Shown: positions 52,126 through 63,323, counted from the stretch's first letter. The stretch: DNA of 64,000 nt from Longimicrobiales bacterium (GCA_965238005.1 OZ250165.1:4256001-4320000); one strand, 5' to 3'. Numbers and translations are program-made. The notes: generated by a model not told the origin, from the letters alone.

Positions 52126-53288
52126 GCCAGCACCTCCTCGAATACCTCAACCGCACCCTGCATCTCTGCCAACGTGCCAATGCTGATGCGGGCGTGCGAC
52201 TTCTCCATCGGTGGGAAGTCACGCCCGACGGACACTCCGTGCTGGCGACAGGCAGAGCGGAAGTCCGCCGCCGGGCTGCCCAGCTCGACGAAGATGAAGT
52301 TCGTCTGCGAGTCGTAGAGGTCATAGCCCTTACGGGTGAAGAAATCGACCGTAAGCTTCTTCGCCTCGCTGTTCCGGGCCTGCTCGCTCTGCGCGAAGCC
52401 CTGCTCCTGCAGTGCGGCATACGCCCCACCGACGCCCGGCGTGTTCGTGTTGAAGGTCAGAGAGTAGCGTCGCAGCGTCGCGATGACATCGCTGTGTCCA
52501 ACGCCGTAGCCGATGCGCATGCCTGCCATCCCAAAGCACTTCGAGAACGTGCGGCTGACGAACACGTTCGGCGTCTCAAGGGCCATCTCGATCGCCGACT
52601 CGTAGTCGGGGTGGGTCACATACTCGTGGTACGCCTCGTCGAAGTGGATCACGGTGTTCGGCGAGGCCCGCCGGACCGTGTTCACGAAGGAGCGCACGTC
52701 CGAGGCCGTGTGCACCGTGCTCGTAGGGTTGTTCGGGTTGCAGACGAAGATCAACGAGGGGCCCCGCGCTGCGGATGCCATCGCTTCGAGGTCGAGCTTT
52801 CCGCTGACCCGGAAGATCGGAATCGCCCTCACGTCGGCACCCAGGAAGCGGGCCACCCGTGAAGGCTGAAGGTACGAAGGAGTCCCGGTTACCAGAGGAC
52901 GGTATTTTTTGGTGAACGCGTGCGCGGCGTTCTTCAGAATCTCACCCGAGCCCGCCCCCAGCACGATGTTGTTCGGTTCGCAGCCGTGCTTCTCGGCGAG
53001 CGCGTTGGTCAGGTCACGCATGCTGGGCTGGGCATTCGTAGGATAGCGACCAGCCTCTTCGAAGGACTCGCGAACCGCCGCTACGGCCCCATCTGGAGGC
53101 CCCAGAGGGTTCTCATTGCTAGAGATACGGATCTCGCCCTCTTGTGGCGACGGAATCGGTCCGAACTCACCGGCCAATGGCCCGAGTTCCTCGACGAGCG
53201 CCTCGCGCCCTCGGGCGGTAATGAGCGGCACGCTCGGTGCGCCCGGCCAAGCTTCGAGCCCGAACAGGGCTCTACGGGAGAGCGACAT
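52122..53288 (-). CDS. HisC-like class I/II PLP aminotransferase (Tat-like N-terminus)
   Basis: SRRALF, SSNENPLG, NPNNPT, DEAY, RTFSKCFGMAGMRIG. Confidence 0.9.
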   Translation of the reverse strand: MSLSRRALFGLEAWPGAPSVPLITARGREALVEELGPLAGEFGPIPSPQEGEIRISSNENPLGPPDGAVAAVRESFEEAGRYPTNAQPSMRDLTNALAEKHGCEPNNIVLGAGSGEILKNAAHAFTKKYRPLVTGTPSYLQPSRVARFLGADVRAIPIFRVSGKLDLEAMASAARGPSLIFVCNPNNPTSTVHTASDVRSFVNTVRRASPNTVIHFDEAYHEYVTHPDYESAIEMALETPNVFVSRTFSKCFGMAGMRIGYGVGHSDVIATLRRYSLTFNTNTPGVGGAYAALQEQGFAQSEQARNSEAKKLTVDFFTRKGYDLYDSQTNFIFVELGSPAADFRSACRQHGVSVGRDFPPMEKSHARISIGTLAEMQGAVEVFEEVLA

Positions 53289-53453
53289 GGGCCCCTCCTC
53301 GCTAGGGATGCTACATGTGCCGACGGCCTTCGCTCACCCATTGTATGCGCTCGACTTCCCTCAGTCTAGACTCGTGCTTCCGTCGTCTACTTCTGCCGGT
53401 TTCGGCCGTGGTCCTCCGATCTGACGAGAGGTCGCGTCGGGACTCGGTGAGGC

Positions 53454-54923
53454 TCAGCGGCCGGCCGCCACATGTACCCGAATCACACCGACACCGTTCT
53501 CGATACTGATCTCCGTCCCGTACGGCTCGGAGAGCCGCTGGAGTGTCTCCAAAATCTGCTGTGCCCTCTCCGGATGGGCCATGCGCGGTACGCCGCGGTG
53601 CGCCCCCCGCATCTCGTAGCCGAGCTCCACCGGGTACAGCCGGATCTCGGCCACTCCGTTCCCCTCGTAAAGGCTGTGAGCGACCACGCTCTCGTACCAG
53701 ATCGGGTCGTCGAACCGCCTATCGAGCCAGCGCCGCAGGAACTCGCCGTCGGTCATCTCGTTGAAGTCCACGTTGAAGTTTTGGTAGAGGTCCCGGCTCA
53801 ACGGCGATTGGAGCTCGATCTGGAAGAAGAAGTTGCCGAGGCTGTAAAAGATTGGCCTTCCCTCGTAGATCTCGATTCCTCGCAGCTGGTGCGGCCCGGT
53901 CCCGACGAACTGGTCCGCTCCGGCGTCGATCGTCTTGCGAGCCAACTCCTCGAGAAACTCCGGAGGCCTGTCGCTCCAGTTACCGGGGTCGTGCGCGTGG
54001 ATCGTTGCGATGACGAAGTCGGAGTCCCGCTTCGCGCCGCGGATCCCGTGCAGGATCTCCCGGAGGTCGACTTCGTTCATCTCGTATTCCCAACCGCGAC
54101 GGTCCCCGACCTTGTACCTCACCCCGAAAAGGGAGAGCTCGTCATCCTGCTCGGCCTCCGGCACCCGGACCGCGGGTCCGGCGGGCCCCTCGGGCTGCTC
54201 ATCCCGGATCCTGCGAAGCTGTCCGAGCTCCTCCAGTGTTACGAAATAGTAGGGGGTGGTCCTGAGAGCGCTGAGCCCCGGCCGGCCACGCATTTGCCCG
54301 AGCGGATCCAGCGCTGGGGCCATGGCCGTGAAGCTCGAGGCCATGGAGACCAAGGCGACTCGACCCTTGGGAGTCTCCAGGTAACGTCCCGCCCGGGCCG
54401 CAGCCAGGGTCTCACCCGCCCCGGCGTGGACGATGCCGGCTTCTTACAGGATCCTGCTTGTCTCGCGCAGGCCTTCGATCCCCCAGTCGGTCGTGTGGTT
54501 GTTGGCCCGGGCCATGATGTCGAACCCGACGGATTTCAGGTCGTGCACGGCTTGGGGAACGACTCTGAGCCTCAGGCCACCGTACAGAGGCGCCGGGTAG
54601 CCGTGGAAGACGTCCAAGTCGATCGCGGAGTTCTCGAAATTACCGAAGGCGAGGTCGGACTCATGCAGCAGGCGGGCCACGCGCAGGAACCGGGAATCAC
54701 CGATGTCGGAGATGGGTGCGGAGATGATGACATCCCCTACGGACGCCACGGTGAAACCGTCCTCGACGCCCATCTCGAGCGCCCTGGCCGAATCCGGGTC
54801 GGGGGGAAGCTGAGCAGCCGACGGTGCAGACGCGACGACGGCAATGGCGAGAGCGCATGCCGCTGCGAGTAAGGTCTCGTAGGGCTGCCGGCCAAGCGCG
54901 GGGAAGAAAGAGGGAACCATCAT
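53454..54923 (-). pseudogene. CapA/PgsA-family metallophosphoesterase with in-frame TAA at 54444-54446
   Basis: VGDVI, GNFE, ANNHTTDWG; SRIL*EAGIVHAGAG stays in frame; IHAH, GPHQLRGIEIY, YSLGNF. Confidence 0.85.
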
Positions 54924-55379
54924 CGCCGAATCTCCATGGTTGACAGCATCGCTACGGCTCACCGGCTGGGCCACCGGAATCCGTCGAGCCGGCCCGGTCG
55001 GCGGGGCCGACGCCGCAGCTGAGACCACTAATCCATTGACATTCTACAATTCCGCTGTCCTACACGCATCGCTCCGCTACTGACGAAACGACGCCCCCTG
55101 TCGGGCAACGCAACTGGACCCATTTGGAGCAACTGCCTTCGGTGACGACTCCCGGAGCGGGAGTTCACGCGGGAGGCCGCGACGTTCGCTTTCCGGAGGC
55201 GCGCCCGTGCCGTCCAGGATGTAGACGTTGGTGATGAGGACGGAGTCGGTGGACTGCGTGCACGTCGTGAGCGCGAGCAGCGCGACGGCCGCCAGGAACT
55301 ATCGCGGCTCATCCCGCCTCAGGGGCAGACCGGGAGCGATCAGCTCACCAATGCGGCAATCGCGAATGCTCAGTCCGCT

Positions 55380-56255
55380 TCACGAACACGACGGCACGTG
55401 CGGCTCGCGGTCGTGCCCTTCGTATCCCGGGTGACCGTAGCCCAGGTAGACCGTGTTGATGGCAGTGTCCTCCCCGGCAGGGAACCCGAACCACCTCTCG
55501 TGGAGGCCCGCCAGCGTGCCGTCCAGCTTCATGCACTCGAGTGCATTCTCGACTTCTTTCCGGAGCTCGACGTCGTCCGGATGGAAGACGAGTCCGAACT
55601 TGCCGGCGATCGGGAGGTTGTAGGCGACGGTAACGATCCCCAACTGGCCGGCCGTGTGGGCAGCCGCGGGTAGATCGGACAGGTTCGCGAACGCGCGCCG
55701 GTTGATCACGGCACTCACCCCGTCGCCACTCCCCTGGTACCGCTGAACGGAGAAGCCAAGCCAGGCCTCGTTGATGCTCGCCCACGTGTCGGACACGGTT
55801 CCGAGCCCCACCGTCAGGATCTTGCCACGCAGGTCCGTGACGTCCCGTAGCTCCGCACCCTGGAACACGAGGAAGCCCAATCCGGTGTCCATGTAGCCTT
55901 CGGAAAAGAGCACGCGGCGTGCTCGATCGGGCGTGATGTTGGTGGGCGCCACGATCATCTCGAAGGCTCTGGCGAGCAGCGCGTCGAAGATGACGGAGAA
56001 GTCCCTGATGACCAGCTTCGTGCCGGACCGTCCGATTCGCTTGGCGATCTCCGATGCCAGATCAAGGGAGAAGCCCTCGTATCCGCCGATCGGGTTCTCC
56101 GTCGTGAACGGTGGATTCCCGACGCCGGACCCGATGAGCAGGGGCCCCGAGCGGTCTTGCCCGCCGAGGGGCGCTCCTACCAAAAGGATCCCGAGGAGCA
56201 GACAAGCCGTCCCCGCGCCATACCAAGGCGGAGTTGCACGATTGTTCCGACTCAT
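55380..56255 (-). CDS. Polar amino-acid ABC substrate-binding protein (orphan)
   Basis: PPF, GFSLDLA, ITPDRAR...FSEGY, DGTL..LHERWF. Confidence 0.85.
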   Translation of the reverse strand: MSRNNRATPPWYGAGTACLLLGILLVGAPLGGQDRSGPLLIGSGVGNPPFTTENPIGGYEGFSLDLASEIAKRIGRSGTKLVIRDFSVIFDALLARAFEMIVAPTNITPDRARRVLFSEGYMDTGLGFLVFQGAELRDVTDLRGKILTVGLGTVSDTWASINEAWLGFSVQRYQGSGDGVSAVINRRAFANLSDLPAAAHTAGQLGIVTVAYNLPIAGKFGLVFHPDDVELRKEVENALECMKLDGTLAGLHERWFGFPAGEDTAINTVYLGYGHPGYEGHDREPHVPSCS

Positions 56256-56976
56256 GGGAGGAGCCTCCATCCGAGGTCAGTTGGTCGAACTCTGTAACTT
56301 TCTCCCCTCGGTCCGCCGCCGTCAAGCGAGGGTCGAGCCCCGCGCAACGGCTAGCGGCGACCAGCAGGACGGGGGGGCCGAACGCACGTAGGTGTCAGGA
56401 AACACCCTCCCATCCCTATAATGACAAATTGAGCTCTTAATCACTTGGTACATCTACCCGTGGGAGCGGACTCGGGCTGGCCACCGTGGGGCGAATCGTG
56501 CGTCGCCACGGCGGACGAGCGTGGGCCGAGGGTACCCCAGGTCAGGGGGCGATATTCCGTTTCACCCTTGAACCTAATCGATAGACGCGCGCCGGGGATC
56601 ATCCGGGATGTGACACCGAAGAGAATCGCCCCCGCAATAAAGCCTGGCGTTTCGCCTTGAAGAAGGGCTTCTTCGGGGGATGAATCCACCAGCTAATCCA
56701 GGGCGTCGGAAACAGACATCGAAGCTGACCGTCGTGGAGTTGCCGACGGCGGGAGAAGTTTTCGACACTTGGACCGCCCATCCGGAGGTTTCGCCCTGTA
56801 CCGGCGTGTAAGACGGGACTGTCTATTGATCCGGCCGGCCCGACTAGCGGAAGTTGGTGCTCCGCAACAAGATAGAGGGCGAGTGCGCCGCTACCGGTGC
56901 TAAGAGGCGCTTCCCCAAGAGCTGACTGGCCCAGGGGTCACCACCGCACGCTTCCCGCACGCATTAACATATCTGC

Positions 56977-58683
56977 ATGAAGACCATCGCCTCCCATCTG
57001 GCCACGCTGGTCACGGGGGAAACCAAACTACGCTGGCAGCTTGCGCCGTTCGTAAAATACATGGTCCTCCTGGTCGCGGTCGTTTTGCTCTACGGCTGGC
57101 TGTTCCAAGCGATCATGGCGGGGGAGGGTCAGGACCACTCGTGGTTCACGGGAGTCTATTGGGCGCTCACCGTGATGAGCACGCTCGGCTTCGGTGATAT
57201 CACGTTCGAAAGCGACCTGGGCCGCGCGTTCAGCACCCTCGTGCTGCTGACCGGCATGCTGCTGCTCCTCATCATCCTCCCGTTTCTCTTCATCCGAGTT
57301 GTGTACGCCCCGTGGCTCGAGCAGCGGAGCCGCGGCCGCATCCGCTCGCTGCAGTTGGTGCCGGAAGGTCTCGCGGGTCACGTGCTGATTTGCGCCAACG
57401 ATCCAATTGCGCCCGGGCTCATCCGCCGCCTTCAACTGGCGGACGTGCCGGTTTATGTGATCGAGCCCGACGCCGACCTTGCGATGCACATGCAGGATGT
57501 CGGCACGCCGGTCTTCATGGGCGAAATCGACTCCGTCGAGACCTACCGAGCCGCCCGCGCGGCGCAGGCTCGCCTCGTCCTGGCCAACGCGTCGGACACG
57601 GTCAACTCCAACATTGTCCTCACCGTACGCGAGCTGTCCGAATCGGTGCCGGTCGTTGCGCTGGCCGAAGTGGAAGACTCGATCGATGTGCTGGAGCTCA
57701 GCGGCGCCACACACGTGCTGCCCCTCACGCACCAACTCGGCGAGCACCTCGCCAATCGGGTGAGCTCGGGGACGACGCATGCCAACCTGATCGGCAAGTT
57801 CCATGACCTGCTGCTCGCCGAGTTCCCAGTGCACAACACGCCGTTCCAGGGCCGGACCATCCGGGACACACGGTTGCGCGAGTTTACCGGGGTCACAATC
57901 GTCGGGGTGTGGGAGCGTGGGCGGTTCCTGCCCGCGAGGCCGGATCTCGAGCTGTCGTCGCTCACCGTGCCGGTCGCCATCGGCACGTCCGAGCAGATCG
58001 CGGCGCTGGACGAAGTGCTCGCGATATACGACGCCAATCCGAATCCGGTGCTCATCCTCGGCGGTGGCAAGGTGGGGCGGGCCGCCGCTGCGGCCCTCAA
58101 GCGGCGGAAGATCCCCGTGCATATGGTGGAACGGAACCCGGAACTGGAGCCGCAAATCGCGAGCATTCCCGACCGGTTGTTTCTAGGCGACGCCGCCGAC
58201 CGGCGCATACTTGACGCGGCGGGGATTGCCGAGACACCGTGCGTCCTGCTCACGACGCACGACGATGCGATGAACGTCTACCTGACGGTGTACTGCCGGC
58301 GGCTCAATCCCGACGCGCGTATCCTCACCCGGGTCACGCACGAGCGGAACGTCGAGGCCATCCAGCGCGCCGGCGCCGACTTCGTCTTGAGCTACGCGTC
58401 ATTAGGGGTGCAGACGGTATACTCGATCGTGCAGGGACGGGAGCTCATCGTGCTGGGCGAGGGCGTTGATCTCTTCTACGTGCCGCTCCCGCCGTCGCTC
58501 GCCGACAAGACGCTCGCCGACGCGGGGATCGGCGCGCGCACCGGCCTGAACGTGATCGGCGTCCAGAAGGACGGGCAGATCGTCACGAATCTGCCGCCCG
58601 ACCAGCGGCTAGTTAAGGGCTCGACGCTCGTCGCCCTGGGCAGCGCGGAGCAGTGGGAGCGCTTCAGCGCCGTCTACCACTAG
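56977..58683 (+). CDS. Potassium channel with TrkA-N/TrkA-C (RCK) domains
   Basis: Pore MSTLGFGDI, GGGKVG, two RCK pairs. Confidence 0.9.
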   Translation: MKTIASHLATLVTGETKLRWQLAPFVKYMVLLVAVVLLYGWLFQAIMAGEGQDHSWFTGVYWALTVMSTLGFGDITFESDLGRAFSTLVLLTGMLLLLIILPFLFIRVVYAPWLEQRSRGRIRSLQLVPEGLAGHVLICANDPIAPGLIRRLQLADVPVYVIEPDADLAMHMQDVGTPVFMGEIDSVETYRAARAAQARLVLANASDTVNSNIVLTVRELSESVPVVALAEVEDSIDVLELSGATHVLPLTHQLGEHLANRVSSGTTHANLIGKFHDLLLAEFPVHNTPFQGRTIRDTRLREFTGVTIVGVWERGRFLPARPDLELSSLTVPVAIGTSEQIAALDEVLAIYDANPNPVLILGGGKVGRAAAAALKRRKIPVHMVERNPELEPQIASIPDRLFLGDAADRRILDAAGIAETPCVLLTTHDDAMNVYLTVYCRRLNPDARILTRVTHERNVEAIQRAGADFVLSYASLGVQTVYSIVQGRELIVLGEGVDLFYVPLPPSLADKTLADAGIGARTGLNVIGVQKDGQIVTNLPPDQRLVKGSTLVALGSAEQWERFSAVYH

Positions 58684-58838
58684 TCGCAGGGCGAGGGCGG
58701 CAGTCAGGGGGAAGAGGCCGGTTGGGAAGATCGAGGTAGGTGGGATGGAGCGGAGAAGCGTGGAGGCAAGGGCCTGGAGAAAGATGCGCAGGACGACGAT
58801 GGTGATGGTTGGATTAGCCGGTGCTTGGCATCTCGCCG

Positions 58839-61406
58839 TCACAGTCGCGATGTCGGGAACTCCTCATTGTAGCGCGCGACCGCGTCCGTGGTCCCACAAA
58901 TGTAGAGCGCGTCGTCGGATGAGAGCCGGAATGAAGCCGGGAAGTCCATAGCGACCTGGCCGCCTCGCTCCACCGCCACGATCGTGCAGCCTGTGCGCTC
59001 GCGAATTCGCTCCGCCACCGGGTTCTTCCCGGCGAGCCACCCTGCGCCTACCCGTACGAGCTTAATGCGGGGCTGCAGGGACACCATCTCTCCCAGGACG
59101 TGGTATGCGAGGAGTTGTCCAGCGACCTGACCCACCGAGAGAGCGTAGTCCACGCCGGCACGCTGGACACGCGCCACGTTCTCGGCCAGGGAGACGCCGG
59201 CGATGATCGGGAGGTCCGGAGCGTAGTCGCGGAGGACGGCACCCGCGAGGACCGTGGCGCTGTCCGTGTCGAGGGCGAGTACGGCGACCCGGGCCCCGGC
59301 CAGGGGCACACGCTCGAGCACGTCGCGGTCGATGATGTCACCCACGACGTGGACACCCGGACGCTCCACCGGATCGACGACGCACACTTCCTCGTCCACG
59401 GCGGTGAGAATCTCCGCGAGCTTCCGCCCGATGTCCCCGAAACCGATCACCACGATCGTCCCCTCCTGAGTGATGGGCCGGGCCAACTCGCTGAGCTTCT
59501 CGATGCTCTCCGGAGTTCCCGCGATGACGAGGATCGTGCCGGGGCGGATGGTCTCGTCCGCGGCCGGCGGCGGTTGCAGTGCGGCGTCCCGCCACTGGCC
59601 GACGACGTTGGCCCCAGTGCGGGTGCGAAGCCCGACTTTGGCGAGCGTGGTATCGGCCAGTGGGCTGGCATCGTGGACCCGTAGCTCCGCCACCTCGAGG
59701 AGCCTGCTCAGTGGCCGGACTCCCGTGACCCGAGGGGTGATCCTGGCGCTGGCTCGGGAGCTCAGGACGGCGGCGAGCACGTGGGTAGGGGCGAACGTGA
59801 CGTTGACCCCAGCCAGCAGCATCGGGGCGCGTCGGCGAGGGTCCTCGATCATCGCGACGATCGGGCCTTCGTACCCCACCTCGCGGGCGCTGAGCGCGAG
59901 CAGCGCGTTGGCATCGTCCTCACCATTCAGGACCAGGGCACGGGCGCGGGCCAGTGGTCGGAGGTCCAACTCCTGTTCCGCCAGTCTGGCATGCACCACC
60001 TGTTGCCCGAGTCCGTAGAGGCGGCGCGCCGCCGCTTCGTCCTCCTCGATCACCAGGCAAGGCATGCCTCGTCGCTCGAGCTCGCCCAGCAGGGAGTCCA
60101 CCTCCGGGCCGTATCCGTAGACCACCACACCGCCGTCGACGTTCGGTAGCGCGAAGGGCAGCCGTCCCTCGAAGGGCTCCACTAGCGGAGGAGCGCTGAA
60201 CTTATCCGGAAGCAGTACGCCGAGGGCGCCCCCCTCGAGGCGCGCCGTCCTGCCCTCGAGCAGCACCGAGCAGCCCTTCAGCGCGAGCGGCGTGAACAGG
60301 TTCAGAACGAACATGGTGAAGATCAGCACCGAGAAGATGGACGGGTCGATGGCGCCCTGGGCCAGAGCCAGCGCGGCGAGGATCATCGCCAACTCGGCAC
60401 GCCCGCACATGCCCACGCCCACGGTAAGGGCTTCCCGCGCCGGCAACCCCATGCGCAGCGCCATGCTCCCCGCACTCGCGATCTGACCGACGATCACCGC
60501 CGCGGTGAGCAGCATCAGGAACGCCACGCCCGAAGGGCTGATGTCGAACGTGATGGAGAAGCCCAACGACATGAAGAAGATCGGTCCGAGGAACGAGTAG
60601 GCGATCCCGTAGGAGCGATCCGCCACGACGCGGACCAGGTTCGGGTGCGCCACCTTCTCCTCGAAGAACAAGCCGGCCAGATAGGCCCCCAGGATCATGT
60701 GGAGCCCAATGGCCTCGGCGAAGAGGCCCGCGGCGATGGCCACGAGCAGCACGAAGGTGAAGCCTTTGCCTCCCTCGCTTCGGAAAGGCAGTGTGAAGCG
60801 CGGGTACGCGAACCGACCGAGTAGCACGGCCAGGCCGAAGAAGGCCACTACCTTCGCCAGCGTGACGGCGATGTCCAGGGGCCCGAACGACCCGCCCGAC
60901 AGCACTCCGACTACGAGGCCGAAGAACACGAGGGTCAGCAGGTCGTCGATCACGCAGCTAGCGACGATGACCCGGGCCACGCGCGTATCTGCGAGCCCCA
61001 CGTCCTTGAGGGTCTTCAACGTGATCACCACCGCGGTGGCGGTCATGGTGAGACCGACGAACGTGGCACCTACCGGATCTAGTCCGAACGCCGTCGCCAC
61101 GCCGAAGCTGACGACGAACGGAACGATCGCACCCACCAGGGCAACCCCGAGAGAGCGCTTCAGCGCATCGAAGAATTCGGTGGGCTGGGTCTCCACCCCG
61201 GCGTGGAACATGAGGAAGAAGATCCCGATATCGGCCAGGAGCGTGATCGCCTCACTGGGCTCGATGAGGCCGAAGACAGCCGGTCCCACCAGCACCCCGA
61301 CGATGAGCTCGCCCATGATCGTGGGCAGCCCTAGCGGGCGCAGGGTGACCGCGACCAGCCAGATGCCGGCCAGGAGGATCAGCAGATCGAGGGCGACGTC
61401 ATGCAT
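58839..61406 (-). CDS. CPA2 cation:proton antiporter fused to tandem RCK (TrkA-N/C) domains
   Basis: PTIMGEL..GVLVGP, VIDDL, GAYLAG, PIFF, GMCGRAE; then GYG/GFG RCK domains. Confidence 0.88.
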   Translation of the reverse strand: MHDVALDLLILLAGIWLVAVTLRPLGLPTIMGELIVGVLVGPAVFGLIEPSEAITLLADIGIFFLMFHAGVETQPTEFFDALKRSLGVALVGAIVPFVVSFGVATAFGLDPVGATFVGLTMTATAVVITLKTLKDVGLADTRVARVIVASCVIDDLLTLVFFGLVVGVLSGGSFGPLDIAVTLAKVVAFFGLAVLLGRFAYPRFTLPFRSEGGKGFTFVLLVAIAAGLFAEAIGLHMILGAYLAGLFFEEKVAHPNLVRVVADRSYGIAYSFLGPIFFMSLGFSITFDISPSGVAFLMLLTAAVIVGQIASAGSMALRMGLPAREALTVGVGMCGRAELAMILAALALAQGAIDPSIFSVLIFTMFVLNLFTPLALKGCSVLLEGRTARLEGGALGVLLPDKFSAPPLVEPFEGRLPFALPNVDGGVVVYGYGPEVDSLLGELERRGMPCLVIEEDEAAARRLYGLGQQVVHARLAEQELDLRPLARARALVLNGEDDANALLALSAREVGYEGPIVAMIEDPRRRAPMLLAGVNVTFAPTHVLAAVLSSRASARITPRVTGVRPLSRLLEVAELRVHDASPLADTTLAKVGLRTRTGANVVGQWRDAALQPPPAADETIRPGTILVIAGTPESIEKLSELARPITQEGTIVVIGFGDIGRKLAEILTAVDEEVCVVDPVERPGVHVVGDIIDRDVLERVPLAGARVAVLALDTDSATVLAGAVLRDYAPDLPIIAGVSLAENVARVQRAGVDYALSVGQVAGQLLAYHVLGEMVSLQPRIKLVRVGAGWLAGKNPVAERIRERTGCTIVAVERGGQVAMDFPASFRLSSDDALYICGTTDAVARYNEEFPTSRL

Positions 61407-61527
61407 GCGGCGAATCTAGCACAGGGGTGCTCGCCGGCTACGGCGACATCCGCCAAGTCGAGGCGAGCCACGGTCTAGTGGGTGCTCATGGCGACCAGCG
61501 GCCCTGCGGGGATTACACTTGGCACAG

Positions 61528-61573
61528 TGAGCCTGGGTAGACTCGAACTACCGACCTACGGATCAAGAGTCCG
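61528..61573 (-). repeat. 3' half of tRNA-Lys(CTT)-like sequence (att scar)
   Basis: CGGACTCTTGATCCGTAGGTCGGTAGTTCGAGTCTACCCAGGCTCA; T-stem GGTAG/CTACC; no 5' half. Confidence 0.75.
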
Positions 61574-61755
61574 ACCGCAGTACATACGCGTGGTACCCCG
61601 AGGTATCCTGAGCTACGGGAGAGACACCGGACCCCGAAGGTTTCCGGCCCTACTTCTAGTCCGCAGCCCGTGACGGGAAGTACGCACCCACACCGTGCGA
61701 GGGCATCCGCTATCGTTGCGGGCATAAAGGCCAAAGATCTGGCGAGGACGCCCAC

Positions 61756-63222
61756 ATGAAAATCCTGATGAGCCTCGTGTTCTATCCCCGGGGAGGGAGT
61801 GCCCAGGTCGCCCGCTATTTGTCGCGTGCACTGATCGAGCTGGGCCACGACCTGCACTTGGTCACCGGCACGCTGCGCGACGGTGACCCGCAACACGACG
61901 CCGAAGTATTCTTCGGAGAGATCCCTCTCACTTTGGTCGATTATACCGACGCTTGGCACGGGTTCGAACGGGGTGAGAATCCGATTTCCGACCAGTGGCC
62001 GGTCCCGTTCCACCCGAGTTACGAAGACAAGCCCGGTGTACCGGATCGCGTCTTCTCCCAACTCAACGAGGGCGCCTACTCAGCGTTGCGGGAGTGTTGG
62101 ACCGGAGTGTTCCAACGTGTGAAGGAGCACTTCGAGCCTGATCTTCTTCACTTGCACCATCTCACGTACGCACATCTTGCCGCAGCGCATGTATTTCCCG
62201 ATGTGCCTAAGCTGACGCAGCTCCACGGGACCGAGATAAAGATGCTGGAACAGCTCGATGAGGCGACGGATGAGCCGGGTGGCGAGGCTTCAGGTGGCGA
62301 GTCGGACCATGTCGGGCGCGGAATCCTCACCGACGCGGTCTCCGTTACGGACCACTTCGCGGCCATCAGCCAGGACGTTCGCGAGCGAGGGATGGTACGC
62401 TTGCACCTGGACGAGGAGGACATCACCACGATCCCGAATGGCGTGGACACGACGTTGTTCCGACCGTTGAATTGGTCCGCCGATGAAAAGTGGGATTTTC
62501 TGCAGAAGATTTTGGTGGAAGAGCCCCGGGGCTGGGCTGCGGGCGGTGCCCCGGGAAGCGTGCACTACGACCGGACCGACACGAAACGGCTGAGGGACGA
62601 GTCGGGCGCGTTGAAGCCTTTGGCGATTTTCGTGGGGCGATTTCTCGACTTCAAACGTGTCCCGCTGTTACTCCGTGCCGTCTCGCGAGTCAATCGGTCC
62701 TCGGAACGCGACGGTGACCCCTCCTTCAACTTGCTGGTGTGGGGCGGAATGCCCGGCGAATGGGAAGGCGAGCACCCCCACACGGTCGCCCGTTCCCTCG
62801 ACTTGGCGAATGTGTTTTTCTGCGGATGGTTGCCGCACGATGTTCTATCTCGAGGACTGAACCTCGCGGACGTCTTTGTAGCCCCGTCCTTCAACGAGCC
62901 GTTTGGCCAAGTGTACCTCGAAGCGATGGCTGCGGGGGTTCCAGTGATCGCGACGCGAAGCGGAGGGCCGCTCGGCTTCGTGGTCGACACGGGAGCCGGT
63001 GCGAACGGATGGCTGTGCGAGGTGGACGACTTGGAATCCTTGGCGACGACGCTCCGCCACGCCGTCACGGATGAATTGGAACGCAAGCGTCGAGGCGTAA
63101 ATGCACTGGCACTGGTCCGGGGCCGGTACGACTGGAAAGAGATCGCCTGCCGGTACGTCGAACTCTACGGTGCCGTGAGAGACGTCGGCGGCGACGGTCC
63201 GGCTGATACGATCATTGGTTGA
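61756..63222 (+). CDS. Glycosyltransferase family 4
   Basis: YPRGGS, HLHH, HGTE, IPNGVD, FVGR...KR, EPFGQVYLEAMA. Confidence 0.9.
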   Translation: MKILMSLVFYPRGGSAQVARYLSRALIELGHDLHLVTGTLRDGDPQHDAEVFFGEIPLTLVDYTDAWHGFERGENPISDQWPVPFHPSYEDKPGVPDRVFSQLNEGAYSALRECWTGVFQRVKEHFEPDLLHLHHLTYAHLAAAHVFPDVPKLTQLHGTEIKMLEQLDEATDEPGGEASGGESDHVGRGILTDAVSVTDHFAAISQDVRERGMVRLHLDEEDITTIPNGVDTTLFRPLNWSADEKWDFLQKILVEEPRGWAAGGAPGSVHYDRTDTKRLRDESGALKPLAIFVGRFLDFKRVPLLLRAVSRVNRSSERDGDPSFNLLVWGGMPGEWEGEHPHTVARSLDLANVFFCGWLPHDVLSRGLNLADVFVAPSFNEPFGQVYLEAMAAGVPVIATRSGGPLGFVVDTGAGANGWLCEVDDLESLATTLRHAVTDELERKRRGVNALALVRGRYDWKEIACRYVELYGAVRDVGGDGPADTIIG

Positions 63223-63323
63223 GCCGCCCTCCCGTGCCCACCAGTTCCCGACAAGTAACCCGAGTTTTTGGGGTCCCACATGGGGTCCCGAGGCCCCATT
63301 TTCCGCCCCTAACTGACCGACAC

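Noticed and set aside
56432..56450. Fourth tRNA-Lys scar (gctcttaatcacttggt)
   Set aside because: Only ~10 nt match the anticodon loop and there is no T-arm; could be chance
56820..56976. Riboswitch upstream of the K+ channel
   Set aside because: No recognisable c-di-AMP or other aptamer consensus by eye; an Rfam scan would be needed
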